64,000 nt of DNA from IMG/VR virus record IMGVR_UViG_2061766007_000578; one strand, given 5' to 3'. Position numbers and translations under genes: made by a program. The DNA is from an uncultured virus (IMG/VR IMGVR_UViG_2061766007_000578). Its lineage: Duplodnaviria > Heunggongvirae > Uroviricota > Caudoviricetes. Shown piece after piece: positions 1-9,882 of the stretch. The notes under the pieces were generated by a model. It was given only the letters and a program-made list of their open reading frames with translations. It ran no database searches and was not told where the DNA came from. Position 1 is the first letter of the stretch, and each line of letters opens with the position of its first letter.

Positions 1-63
1 TCACTTTTTCCAACTGCGGGCAAAATTTTGGTCAAAGGGGTACGGAACCCTTATGAGAGGATT

Positions 64-1332
64 ATGCAATACCTGAACATCACCTATAAAAGCATATCAG
101 AACTGACACCATACTCGAAGAACCCCAGAAAGAACGATGGAGCCGTCGATAAGGTGGCGGCAAGTATAAAGGAGTTCGGCTTCAAGGTGCCGGTGATAAT
201 CGATGCTGATGGCGTGGTTGTGGCAGGGCATACGCGGATCAAGGCGGCGGAGAGTTTGGGAATTGATCAGGTGCCGTGTGTGATCGCTGATGATCTGACA
301 GAGGAACAGATCAAGGCGTTCCGTTTGGCTGATAACAAGGTGGCGGAATTTGCGGATTGGGATTTCAAGCTGCTGGATGAAGAGCTGCAAGATATAAATG
401 ACATTGATATGTCAGAGTTTGGATTCGATATCGACTCCGTGGATGAACTTGAGGACACAGATGAGGATTCGGACTTTGATGATATAGAAAAACTCGAAAA
501 ACATTACGGAGTTCCATACCAGGGAAACAAGTCAAGGATCGCGGATATTATTATTTCCATCCTTCCAGAAGGTCGGCGTTTGGTCGATCTTTTTGGTGGG
601 GGGGGTGCTATTACCCACTGCGCCATGCTCTCGGGAAAATGGAACAGCTTTTTGTATAACGATCTAAACGACATGATAACCGGTCTTTTCATCGACGCGA
701 TATACGGAAAGTATCACGACGAGAAAAGGGTTATCACCCGGGAAGAGTTCAACGACCTCAAGGACACCGACGCGTATGTGAAATATATCTGGTCTTTTGG
801 AAACAATGGCCTGGCTTATCTCTGGTCGAAAGAAATCGAGGAAATGAAGTGTGCTGCGTGTCATGCGATCATAGACGAGAACCTAAACGATAGACGGCTC
901 TCTTATGTTCATTTTGCAAAAATGATAAAGCAAAAACTGACACCGGAGCAGATAAGACTTGAGTCGATCGAGCGTTTACAGTCTCTCGAACACTTAGAGG
1001 CGCTTCAGAGGTTAGAGGCGCTTCAGAGGTTAGAGGTCAGCAACATTGATTATCACGACTTCGAGTATAAAGAAGGAGACGTCGTTTACTGTGATGTCCC
1101 TTATGAGCAGGCCGGGAAAGCAAAATGTGACGATTACGGAGTAAACTTCGACAGCTTGGCGTTTTATGAATGGGCGAAGGCTCAACCGTATCAAGTGTTT
1201 TTTTCAAGTTATGAAATATCAGATGATACTTTTTACAAAAAGAAGATAAAAGCAGTTGCAAGTCTGATCGGAGCCAACACGAACGGGCAAAAGGTGAACG
1301 AGTATTTATACAGTAATATGCCGATAGAATAA
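64..1332 (+). CDS. ParB-like N-terminal domain fused to a D12/Dam-class N6-adenine DNA methyltransferase
   Basis: ParB motifs (NPRKND, EFGFKVPVIID, AGHTR); MTase PYQGNK, motif I DLFGGGG, motif IV variant YCDVPY; ATG 64 follows GAGAGG. Confidence 0.85.
   Translation: MQYLNITYKSISELTPYSKNPRKNDGAVDKVAASIKEFGFKVPVIIDADGVVVAGHTRIKAAESLGIDQVPCVIADDLTEEQIKAFRLADNKVAEFADWDFKLLDEELQDINDIDMSEFGFDIDSVDELEDTDEDSDFDDIEKLEKHYGVPYQGNKSRIADIIISILPEGRRLVDLFGGGGAITHCAMLSGKWNSFLYNDLNDMITGLFIDAIYGKYHDEKRVITREEFNDLKDTDAYVKYIWSFGNNGLAYLWSKEIEEMKCAACHAIIDENLNDRRLSYVHFAKMIKQKLTPEQIRLESIERLQSLEHLEALQRLEALQRLEVSNIDYHDFEYKEGDVVYCDVPYEQAGKAKCDDYGVNFDSLAFYEWAKAQPYQVFFSSYEISDDTFYKKKIKAVASLIGANTNGQKVNEYLYSNMPIE
994..1036 (+). 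repeat. 18-bp tandem repeat (about 2.4 copies) encoding LEALQR inside the MTase
   Basis: ttagaggcgcttcagagg x2 plus ttagagg. Confidence 0.9.
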
Positions 1333-1335
1333 GCT

Positions 1336-1695
1336 ATGACAAAAGAGGAATGGAAAGAAAAAATAAAAGAAGCCTGTACAGCGGCAGGCACATATCGGCC
1401 GTTTTTCGATGCTGTAATAGATACGCTGGCAGACATACAGGAGCGTCGGGATCTTGCACTTGAGGCATTCGAGAAGACCGGCGGCAATGTGATCGTCAAA
1501 CATACAAACAAGGGCGGGGCGACAAATCTCGAGCAGAATCCGGCTCTGAGGTTGGCCAACGATCTGAACCGTGATGCTCTGGCCTATTGGAAAGAGCTTG
1601 GCTTAACGAGTAAATCTTACAAGGAAATTAAAAAGGACACATTGACAGAGAAGAAGGATGTACTTGGCACTGCACTTAAGGAGCTTATGGGATGA
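1336..1695 (+). CDS. terS: Terminase small subunit (P27 family)
   Basis: HTNKGGATN..NPAL..ELGLT motif; lies upstream of terL. Confidence 0.9.
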   Translation: MTKEEWKEKIKEACTAAGTYRPFFDAVIDTLADIQERRDLALEAFEKTGGNVIVKHTNKGGATNLEQNPALRLANDLNRDALAYWKELGLTSKSYKEIKKDTLTEKKDVLGTALKELMG

Positions 1696-2285
1696 GGGCA
1701 GTTTATTGCATAGAAAATATACAAAATAAAAAGCGCTATATAGGGCAAACTGTCAACTATATTAAGCGTTACGCTCAACATAGATGCGATCTGAATGCGG
1801 GGAGACACGACAATAAATATCTTCAAGCAGACTGGGATTTATATGGCGAAAAATCTTTTGTTTTTTATATTTTAGAAGAGGATCCCGATGATTTATGTGA
1901 GGCTGAAAAGTATTGGATAAAAAAAACCGGATCTTTTGTTGACGGTTATAATATGACAAGCGGAGGCCTTGGCACTCCAGAAATAGAGGCGTGGAACAAA
2001 GGAAAAAAACAGCCTGAGAGAATCAGAAAGATTTTAAGTGAATCAGCAAAAAAAAGAATAGGCGAAAAAAATTCCTTTTTTGGGAGAAAACATACAGAGG
2101 AAACAAAAAAAAGAATAAGCCAGTTTCGTTCTATCCCGGTGGTTGATTTATCAACAGGAGACATATATCCATCCGCAAAGGCTGCTGATATTGCATTCGG
2201 TGGACGCAGCTCTAACGTTTCAAAATGTTTAAAGGGTGAATGTCTTACTGCATACGGAAGGAAATGGGAATACTCCAGTGTCTAA
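1692..2285 (+). CDS. Free-standing GIY-YIG homing endonuclease with NUMOD3/NUMOD1-like DNA-binding repeats
   Basis: AVYCIEN..RYIGQT, GYNMTSGG, NSFFGRKHTEETKKRIS. Confidence 0.9.
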   Translation: MRAVYCIENIQNKKRYIGQTVNYIKRYAQHRCDLNAGRHDNKYLQADWDLYGEKSFVFYILEEDPDDLCEAEKYWIKKTGSFVDGYNMTSGGLGTPEIEAWNKGKKQPERIRKILSESAKKRIGEKNSFFGRKHTEETKKRISQFRSIPVVDLSTGDIYPSAKAADIAFGGRSSNVSKCLKGECLTAYGRKWEYSSV

Positions 2286-5103
2286 GTCGTATAAAGCCCG
2301 TGCTATTAAATATGCAAAAGAAGTAATTGCCGGGAAGCGTATAGCAGGCAAAGAGGTCATCCTTGCTGCAAAAAGATTTTTGAGCGATCTCGACCGGAAG
2401 GAATTTGATTTCAGAACACATGATGCAGACTTCGTGATCGGGATCATTGAGAGGTTGATGGTTCACCAGCAGGGCGAAACTATTGACGGAACACCATTGA
2501 AAAATCAACCGCTGATCCTGCAGGATTGGCAGATTTTTATTATATACAATTTATTGGGATTCTATCTCAAGGGTAAAAAAGAGCGGAGATATAAAGAGGC
2601 TTTCATCATGGTGCCGCGTAAGAGTGGAAAAGCGGTCAGCCTTGATACAGAAATACCTACACCCGACGGATGGAAACTCATGAAAGACATTCACGAAGGT
2701 GATTATGTCTTCGGACAGGATGGGAAACCGTCAAAGGTTGTTGTTGAGTCTGAAGTATTTCATAAGCCGATGTATGCCGTTAAATTTGATGACGGTTCTG
2801 TAGTAAAAGCAAGTGAAGATCATCTCTGGACAGTACAGACAAAAGACAGCCGGAGAGCCAGTCGATATGTTAGAAAATCTAACAGAAAGTTTTTAAGACC
2901 AGACCTTCATGAAAATGATGGATGGTTTACTGCTCGGACTGTTGATATGGCTATGGATTTTTTTTATTCCAGAGCAGATAAAAAAGGCGTTGAATACAAA
3001 TATCGAGTGCCGATAAATAAGCCTGTAGAATATCCTGAAAAAGATTTGCCAGTCGATCCTTATACGCTTGGAGTGTGGTTGGGCGATGGGTCGAAAACAG
3101 ATACAAATATAACTTGCTCCGATTTTGACAAACTGGAAATGATGGAAAATCTTTGCAGATGCGGGCATAAATGCGAATGGAGCAACCATAAAAACAGAGC
3201 GGGCTCAATTCGCTTGGATATAACAGAAAAAGGAAAGCCTAATCCATTAAGAGATGCGCTGAGACAAATAGGAGTATGGAATAATAAACATATCCCAGAT
3301 ATTTATTTGCAGGCATCTGTCAGACAGAGGCTCGATCTGCTTCAAGGTTTAATGGATACGGACGGAACTTGTTCGATAAAAGGAGAATGTGAATTTACCC
3401 AGAAATCTGAACTATTATCAAAACAAGTTTTTGAGTTGGTATGTAGTTTAGGTATGCGGGGCTGCTTGAAAACAAAAAAAGCAAAGTGTAATGGAAAGGA
3501 TGCGGGAATTGTTTATCGCATCCATTTTTATACAGATAAACAGATGCCATGTTTTCGACTGATCAGAAAATACAACAGACTAAAAGACTGTTTATCGGCA
3601 AGAATGAAGGCAAAAAGTATAATTGATATTATGCCGATTTCTGAAGAAGCATCGAAATGTATAATGATCGACAACCCATCGCACTTGTATCTTGTTGGCA
3701 GGGGATATGTAGCAACACATAACACTCTTCTTGTGGCGGCCATGGCTTTTGGCTTGGCTCTTCTTGAGAGAAAATCCGGATCAAGAATTTACATCGTGGC
3801 GGCATCCCAGAAACAGGCGTGCGAAAGTTTCAACGATATCCTTTACACGCTGAGATATCGGCAAATGATTGACGAGTTCAGAGTCCGTGATAATAACGCG
3901 GAGCACTCCATCCGATATGAGTTCATTGATGAGCTTGGACGGCCTGACGGTTCGATCGACATTGAAGCCCTGGCATCAAATCCCGATGCTCAGGACTCTT
4001 TTAATTGTAACATTGCAATAGCTGACGAAGTTCACGCTTTCAAAAAGGCGGCGCAGTACAACCGTTTCAAGGAAGCGATGAAGGCATACACAAATAAATT
4101 AATGATCGGCATCACCACGGCCGGCGACAATGTAAATTCATTCTGCTATCACAGGCTTGAGTATGGTCTGAAGGTTGTTGATAAGACTGTGCAGGATGAT
4201 TCTTTGTTTGTATTTATTTCCCGGGCGGATCAGGATGACAAAGGAAATGTTGACTATACTGATCCAGTACAGCACGAAAAGGCAAACCCGTCTTATGGGG
4301 TGACGATCCGTCCGGAGGAATTAAAAAACGATGCGATGCAGGCGCAAAATGATCCGCAACAGCGCAAGGACTTCCTGAGCCGGTCGCTTGATATATATAC
4401 ATCGGCCATGAAGTCATGGTTTGACATAGATGAGTTCCGGGCATCCGATGCGAAATACAAATGGACATTAGAGGAACTGGCAAAGTTCCCGATCAACTGG
4501 TATGGCGGCGCCGACCTGTCCAGAATGTATGATCTGACAGCGGCGGCTCTGTATGGGAATTATCAGGGCGTGGATATAATAATAACACACGCTTTCTTTC
4601 CTATCACACAGGCGGCGGCAAAGGCAGACGAAGACAATATCCCGCTGTTTGGTTGGCAGGATGACGGATGGCTGACAATGTGCAACAGCCCGACGGTGAA
4701 CATTTCCGACATCGTGAACTGGTTCACAGAAATGCGGTCAAAGGGCTTTGAGATCAAATGCGTCGGACATGACCGAAAATTTGCCGGTGAGGAGTATTTC
4801 CCGGCAATGCAGGCGGCAGGGTTTTACATCGAAGACCAGCCGCAATATTACTACTTGAAGTCGCAGGGCTTCAGACACATAGAAAAACAGGCAAAAGACG
4901 GACTTCTCTACTACTTGCACAGTGATGCGTATGAGTATTGCGTGTCAAATGTGGCTGCGATCGAAAAAACAGATGACGCGGTTCAATATTCAAAAATACA
5001 GCCGGAGCACAGGATAGACTTGTTCGATGCTTCGGTTTTTGCTTGCATAAAATTTATAAACAAATCCGAACAGGATAAGCAGCTTGATGAATGGTGGAGT
5101 TAA
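2278..5103 (+). CDS. terL: Terminase large subunit, intein-containing (ORF open from 2236; probable GTG start at 2278)
   Basis: Walker A PRKSGK/T split by intein, Walker B IADEVH, ITTAG, nuclease GADLS. Confidence 0.95.
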   Translation: MSKSYKARAIKYAKEVIAGKRIAGKEVILAAKRFLSDLDRKEFDFRTHDADFVIGIIERLMVHQQGETIDGTPLKNQPLILQDWQIFIIYNLLGFYLKGKKERRYKEAFIMVPRKSGKAVSLDTEIPTPDGWKLMKDIHEGDYVFGQDGKPSKVVVESEVFHKPMYAVKFDDGSVVKASEDHLWTVQTKDSRRASRYVRKSNRKFLRPDLHENDGWFTARTVDMAMDFFYSRADKKGVEYKYRVPINKPVEYPEKDLPVDPYTLGVWLGDGSKTDTNITCSDFDKLEMMENLCRCGHKCEWSNHKNRAGSIRLDITEKGKPNPLRDALRQIGVWNNKHIPDIYLQASVRQRLDLLQGLMDTDGTCSIKGECEFTQKSELLSKQVFELVCSLGMRGCLKTKKAKCNGKDAGIVYRIHFYTDKQMPCFRLIRKYNRLKDCLSARMKAKSIIDIMPISEEASKCIMIDNPSHLYLVGRGYVATHNTLLVAAMAFGLALLERKSGSRIYIVAASQKQACESFNDILYTLRYRQMIDEFRVRDNNAEHSIRYEFIDELGRPDGSIDIEALASNPDAQDSFNCNIAIADEVHAFKKAAQYNRFKEAMKAYTNKLMIGITTAGDNVNSFCYHRLEYGLKVVDKTVQDDSLFVFISRADQDDKGNVDYTDPVQHEKANPSYGVTIRPEELKNDAMQAQNDPQQRKDFLSRSLDIYTSAMKSWFDIDEFRASDAKYKWTLEELAKFPINWYGGADLSRMYDLTAAALYGNYQGVDIIITHAFFPITQAAAKADEDNIPLFGWQDDGWLTMCNSPTVNISDIVNWFTEMRSKGFEIKCVGHDRKFAGEEYFPAMQAAGFYIEDQPQYYYLKSQGFRHIEKQAKDGLLYYLHSDAYEYCVSNVAAIEKTDDAVQYSKIQPEHRIDLFDASVFACIKFINKSEQDKQLDEWWS
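2632..3723 (+). mobile_element. Class 3 (Ala1, WCT-type) intein with LAGLIDADG endonuclease, 364 aa, in the TerL P-loop
   Basis: Starts AVSLDTEIPTPDGW; block B EDHLW; LAGLIDADG blocks LGVWLGDG and LQGLMDTDG; block F SKCIMID; ends VATHN before Thr+1. Confidence 0.92.
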
Positions 5104-6318
5104 ATGAGTAGAAAGAACAAAAGACAGTCACGGGACACGATCACACATACTTCGCACAGCTCACAGATGACCGGAAATGTCGGATATCTGCTGACGGATG
5201 TGATGGAGGATTCAATTTGTGTTCCTGGCTACACTTCGCTTGATAAAAATCCGGAAATAATGACCGCGTGCAGAACTATCGCGGAGCTGATCGGGTCCAT
5301 GACCATACACTTGATGGCAAATGACAGGGACGGAGACATCAGGATCGTAAATGAGTTATCCAGGGCGATAGATATCGAGCCGATGCCGACAATGACTCGT
5401 TCAAAGTGGATGGAAGCCATTGTGATGAACCTTTTATTGTACGGTGATGGCAATTCGATAGTCTGGCCGCATACTTGGGACGGCCGGATCAGATCACTTG
5501 AGCCGATAGCAGCTTCAAGGGTGTCACTTGTACCGGATACGGCAAACCCATACAGAAATTACAAGATCGTAATCGACGGACAGAACAGAAGCCCGGAAAA
5601 TATGCTCCATTTTGTGTACAACCCCGATAAATATTACCTCTGGAAGGGACGCGGGTTGAGGGTGTCGCTCCGTGATGTGGCTATGAACCTCAAACAGGCC
5701 AGCGCAACGGCCAAAGGATTCATGGAAAGCAAGTGGAAGCCGTCGCTGATCGTGAAGGTTGATGCAATGGCAAGCCAGTTTTCGGGCGTAGAGGGTCGGA
5801 AGAAGCTCCGTGAAGAGTATCTTGAGACCGGAGAGGCCGGTGCACCTTGGATCATACCGGCGCAGCAGTTTGATGTTAAAGAGGTTAGACCCTTATCTTT
5901 GTCGGATCTGGCCATTTCTGACATGGTACAACTCGACAAAAGGACGGTGGCGTCCATTGTTGGAGTCCCTTCGTTCGTTTTGGGCGTTGGTGAGTACAAT
6001 CAGAGGGCATGGAACAATTTCATCCAGAACAAAATCAGACCGATGTGCGTGGCAATAGCACAGGAATTGACCAAAAAACTGATTTTAAGCCCGAAAATGT
6101 ATCTGAAGTTCAATACCTGGTCTCTTTTGGATTGGGATCTTCAGACCGTTTCGAATGTATACGGAGGATTATCGGACAGAGGCATTGTAAATGGCAACGA
6201 GGTCAGAGACAGGCTGGGAATGAGCCCCGTGGACGGGCTGGATGAATACAGAGTGCTTGAAAACTACATCCCGATCGATATGTCGGGAAATCAAAAGAAG
6301 CTTATACAGGAGGATTAG
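5104..6318 (+). CDS. Portal protein (HK97 family)
   Basis: Position after terL; LLLYGDG, VASIVGVP, NEVRDRLGMSP motifs. Confidence 0.93.
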   Translation: MSRKNKRQSRDTITHTSHSSQMTGNVGYLLTDVMEDSICVPGYTSLDKNPEIMTACRTIAELIGSMTIHLMANDRDGDIRIVNELSRAIDIEPMPTMTRSKWMEAIVMNLLLYGDGNSIVWPHTWDGRIRSLEPIAASRVSLVPDTANPYRNYKIVIDGQNRSPENMLHFVYNPDKYYLWKGRGLRVSLRDVAMNLKQASATAKGFMESKWKPSLIVKVDAMASQFSGVEGRKKLREEYLETGEAGAPWIIPAQQFDVKEVRPLSLSDLAISDMVQLDKRTVASIVGVPSFVLGVGEYNQRAWNNFIQNKIRPMCVAIAQELTKKLILSPKMYLKFNTWSLLDWDLQTVSNVYGGLSDRGIVNGNEVRDRLGMSPVDGLDEYRVLENYIPIDMSGNQKKLIQED

Positions 6319-6320
6319 CA

Positions 6321-6917
6321 ATGCAGCAGAGATATTTACCATTTAAGGAAGTAACCACACGCTCCGACGAAAATGGCAATCCAGTAATGGAAGGCTATTT
6401 TGTCAGATACGATGATGTGTACGAAGTCGCGCCTGGTGCTACCGAAAGCATCGCACGCGGAGCGTTCGCAGAGTCTATCACCGGGGATGTGAGGGCTTTA
6501 TATAACCACAATACTGATCTTGTTTTAGGGCGTGTGAGTGCCGGTACTTTAACGCTTGAAGACAGAGAGCAGGGATTATGGGGCAAGATACTTGTAAACA
6601 CAAAAGATTCTCAGGCAATGGACGCTTATCAGCGGATAGCTCGAGGAGACATATCGGGTTGTAGCTTCGGCTTTGATATCGAAAAGGAAAGTGAAGAGAT
6701 CAGAGACGATGGCACAGTACATTGGATCATTGAAAAAGTGAATCCGCTGTATGAAGTGAGCCCCGTGGTTTTTCCCGCTTATGAAGCAACAAGCATCCAT
6801 GCGAGAGAAAAAGATCTTGAGAAGATCCACGACAGGCAAATAACTGCATGGCGTGAAAAGATGAAAGCGAGGTTAAAAAATGGCATTAAGAGCACTGATG
6901 GTCAGGAAGAAGCTTGA
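6321..6917 (+). CDS. Prohead maturation protease (HK97 family)
   Basis: ALYNH, GCSFGF, LYEVSPVVFPAY. Confidence 0.93.
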   Translation: MQQRYLPFKEVTTRSDENGNPVMEGYFVRYDDVYEVAPGATESIARGAFAESITGDVRALYNHNTDLVLGRVSAGTLTLEDREQGLWGKILVNTKDSQAMDAYQRIARGDISGCSFGFDIEKESEEIRDDGTVHWIIEKVNPLYEVSPVVFPAYEATSIHAREKDLEKIHDRQITAWREKMKARLKNGIKSTDGQEEA

Positions 6918-8592
6918 CGACAAGAAAAAGGCGCTTGAAGCACTTCGTGAGAAGGATGCTGAATTTGAAAAGCGCGAAGCAGAGCTTGAGAGCGCTATCG
7001 AGGAAGCCACTACCGACGAAGAGAAGCAGGCGGTAGAGGAAGAGGTCGAGAAGTTTGAGAGCGAAAAGGCTGAGAACGAAGCTGCAAAGGCTGATCTTGA
7101 GGGAGAGGTCGCAGGGCTCGAGGAAGAGCTCCGCGGAATCGAAACAGAGGATCAGGAAGCAGAGCAGAGGGCAGCCGTAGACAAAACAGTACAGGGGGAT
7201 AAAGCCCCTACAGTAGCAGGGGACAAGGTTCCCGCAGAACACAGGGAGGAAACACAGATGAGCGTAATAGTAAGAGACGCAAGCAAAATCAGAAACACAA
7301 GAGACAGATTCGAGGCTATGACTGAACAGCAGAGGTCAGCGATCTTCGAGAGAGACGATGTAAACGGATGGATCGAGGAAATCCGCGCACATATCAAAGA
7401 AAAGAGGGAACTGACCAACGTAGGTCTGACTATCCCCGAAGTATTTATCGGATTCATCAAAGAAAACGTGATCAACTACTCAAAGCTGTATAGAAGAGTA
7501 AATGTTCAGCAGCTTGCAGGCACAGGCCGTGAAGTAATCATGGGATCTGTTCCGGAAGCAGTTTGGACAGAGTGCTGTGCAGCTCTTAACGAGCTTTCAC
7601 TTAACTTCAACGATGTTGAGGTTGACTGCTTCAAGGTTGGCGGATTCTTCAAGGTATGCAACGCTGTTCTTGAAGACAGCAACATCGGACTTGCCGCTCT
7701 GATCCTTGACGCGATCGGACAGGCTATCGGTCTGGCACTTGACAAGGCTATCCTTTACGGACGCAACGCAGCCGGAAATCAGAAGATGCCTCTGGGTATC
7801 GTTTCCAGACTTGCACAGACATCAGAGCCTGCTGGTTATCCCGCAACCGCAAGACCTTGGGTTGACCTTCACAGCATAAACATCATCACGATCGCTTCAA
7901 GCGTGACGGGTGTTGACCTGTTTAAGGCTATCACTTCAGCAGCTGGCAAGGCAAAAGGAAAGTATGCACGCGGTGAGAAGACTTGGGTCATGAATGAGAC
8001 CACATACACAGCCCTCAAGGTTCAGGCTATGAGCGTAAATGCAGCCGGCGCCATCGTTTCCGGTATGGAAGGCACGATGCCCGTAGTTGGCGGAGCTGTT
8101 GAGGTTCTTGACTTCATTCCCGACAATGTAATAATCGGCGGATACTTTGAACTGTATCTCCTTGGAGAGAGAGCAGGAAGCAAGTTTGCACAGAGTGAGC
8201 ACGCTTTCTTCGTACAGGATCAGACAGTATTTAAGGGAACTGCAAGGTATGACGGAACACCTGTTATTGCAGAGGCTTTCGTTGCCATCGGTATCAATAG
8301 CGTGACTCCTTCGGCATCCATGGACTTCGCTCCGGACAATGCCAACACCGTACAGCAGATCCTTCTTAACACCACGGCCGCTACAGTAGCAAAGGATGAT
8401 ACTCTTCAGCTGATCGCAAAGACACTTCCTGTTGATGGACCGATCACCTGGACATCATCTGACGATACAAAGGCAACCGTAAGTGATGACGGACTTGTAA
8501 CCGGTATCGCTACATCCGGAAGCGCAACGATCACAGCGACAGCTGGCAACGCTAACGCAACCGTAACCATCACCTGCAGCGCAGGCGCATGA
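6880..8592 (+). CDS. Major capsid protein with coiled-coil delta domain and in-frame C-terminal Ig-like (Big_2) domain
   Basis: HK97-fold core (LTIPEV, AILYG, ARYDG); C-terminal ITWTSSD..ATVSDDGLVTG..SATITATA. Confidence 0.93.
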   Translation: MALRALMVRKKLDDKKKALEALREKDAEFEKREAELESAIEEATTDEEKQAVEEEVEKFESEKAENEAAKADLEGEVAGLEEELRGIETEDQEAEQRAAVDKTVQGDKAPTVAGDKVPAEHREETQMSVIVRDASKIRNTRDRFEAMTEQQRSAIFERDDVNGWIEEIRAHIKEKRELTNVGLTIPEVFIGFIKENVINYSKLYRRVNVQQLAGTGREVIMGSVPEAVWTECCAALNELSLNFNDVEVDCFKVGGFFKVCNAVLEDSNIGLAALILDAIGQAIGLALDKAILYGRNAAGNQKMPLGIVSRLAQTSEPAGYPATARPWVDLHSINIITIASSVTGVDLFKAITSAAGKAKGKYARGEKTWVMNETTYTALKVQAMSVNAAGAIVSGMEGTMPVVGGAVEVLDFIPDNVIIGGYFELYLLGERAGSKFAQSEHAFFVQDQTVFKGTARYDGTPVIAEAFVAIGINSVTPSASMDFAPDNANTVQQILLNTTAATVAKDDTLQLIAKTLPVDGPITWTSSDDTKATVSDDGLVTGIATSGSATITATAGNANATVTITCSAGA

Positions 8593-8607
8593 GATTAAGG
8601 AGGTCTT

Positions 8608-8922
8608 ATGTACGAAGTCATCGTATATTTTGAAGACCTTCAAGATGGCGGGCATCCTTATAATGTTGGGGATGCCTACCCCCGTAAGGGGCTTGAGGTC
8701 AGTGAAGCAAGGATCAGGGAGCTGATAAGTTCCAACAATGCAAGGCGCAAACCTCTGATCTGCGTGGCAAAGGATGAGCCGAAGCCCGCACCTGTCGAAG
8801 AGCCAAAGGCTGAACCGGTGGAGAAATCCGTCGAGGAAGCTGAAAAGCCTAAGAAAGGTATAAAAAATGGACGAAGCAACAGTGTTAAGTCTGTTAAAAG
8901 CAGACTTGGAAAAACGAAATAG
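8608..8922 (+). CDS. Small protein typical of the position after the capsid gene
   Basis: FEDLQD..YNVGDAYPR..RIREL motif; strong RBS. Confidence 0.6.
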   Translation: MYEVIVYFEDLQDGGHPYNVGDAYPRKGLEVSEARIRELISSNNARRKPLICVAKDEPKPAPVEEPKAEPVEKSVEEAEKPKKGIKNGRSNSVKSVKSRLGKTK

Positions 8923-9169
8923 TGTCAATGATGAGTATTTGACTCAGCTGATCAAGGTCGCTCAGGAACGCATCAAGGCGGAGGGCATTACTTTAGGCGA
9001 CAGCGTGGATGATATGCAGCTTGTTGAAATGTATGCTGCTTATCTTTACAGGAAGCGGACGGGCAATTCTGAAGGCTACAACACGGAAGCGCTTAACCCG
9101 CAGGGAATGCCGTATATGCTGAGATTAGCGCTCAATAATCGCATTTTTGCGGAAGGGATGTCGAGATGA
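8867..9169 (+). CDS. Head-tail adaptor (gp6/gp15-like)
   Basis: Size, position, LVEMYAAYLYR, MPYMLRLALNN. Confidence 0.75.
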   Translation: MDEATVLSLLKADLEKRNSVNDEYLTQLIKVAQERIKAEGITLGDSVDDMQLVEMYAAYLYRKRTGNSEGYNTEALNPQGMPYMLRLALNNRIFAEGMSR

Positions 9170-9558
9170 AGGACGCGGGCATTGTTACAATTTGCAAACT
9201 TCAGAACGTAGCATCATCCGGAGATATGCCCCGTGATATGTTGGTTCCGCTCAAGGATGAGGATGAAAATGTACTGACATGGGGTTTCGAAAATCGGATA
9301 GTTGGCTATAACAGACAATACCAGGCAAAGGGCGTGATGGAGCGTGTCGATATGCTTGTGCGTATCTGGGAATGTCCAGAGGTTCGCATCGGTATGTACG
9401 CGGTTTTGACCGATTACAACGGACAGGAAAACGAAGACGGAGATCAATACCGTATCGACAATGTTCAGCACCTTACAGACGCGGACGGGCTGAGAGTAAC
9501 AGACCTCACACTTTACAGAATGGATGAATTGTATGAAGTCCTTACAGAAGAACCTTAA
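9166..9558 (+). CDS. Head closure protein (gp16-like)
   Basis: Position; QYRIDNVQ beta-rich pattern. Confidence 0.6.
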   Translation: MKDAGIVTICKLQNVASSGDMPRDMLVPLKDEDENVLTWGFENRIVGYNRQYQAKGVMERVDMLVRIWECPEVRIGMYAVLTDYNGQENEDGDQYRIDNVQHLTDADGLRVTDLTLYRMDELYEVLTEEP

Positions 9559-9874
9559 AAATTTAAGAGACATCCTTAAAACCGTATCTGTTCCGGATAA
9601 GGTCTTCCACTATGCAAGGCCGAAGGACACAAAGGCACCGTGGATAGTATGGCAAGAGGATAGTGAAACGTCATCGTTTGGCGGAGATGATCATAAGGCG
9701 GAGCAACAGGTTCACGGAACCATTGACTGCTATACACAGACGGAATATGATCCGCTGCTTGATGAGGTTCAGAATGCTCTTAATACAGCAGAGGTCGGAT
9801 GGAATCTTTTGTCTGTTCAGTATGAGGATGAAACAAAGCTGATCCACTATGAATGGGAGTTCTTTATCGCGTGA
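9533..9874 (+). CDS. Tail terminator/completion protein
   Basis: PWIVWQE, YEDETKLIHYEWEF; position. Confidence 0.6.
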   Translation: MKSLQKNLKNLRDILKTVSVPDKVFHYARPKDTKAPWIVWQEDSETSSFGGDDHKAEQQVHGTIDCYTQTEYDPLLDEVQNALNTAEVGWNLLSVQYEDETKLIHYEWEFFIA

Positions 9875-9882
9875 GGTGAGTT

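Noticed and set aside
1..50. cos site
   Set aside because: Position upstream of the packaging genes is suggestive, but the window edge cuts the context and the site cannot be defined
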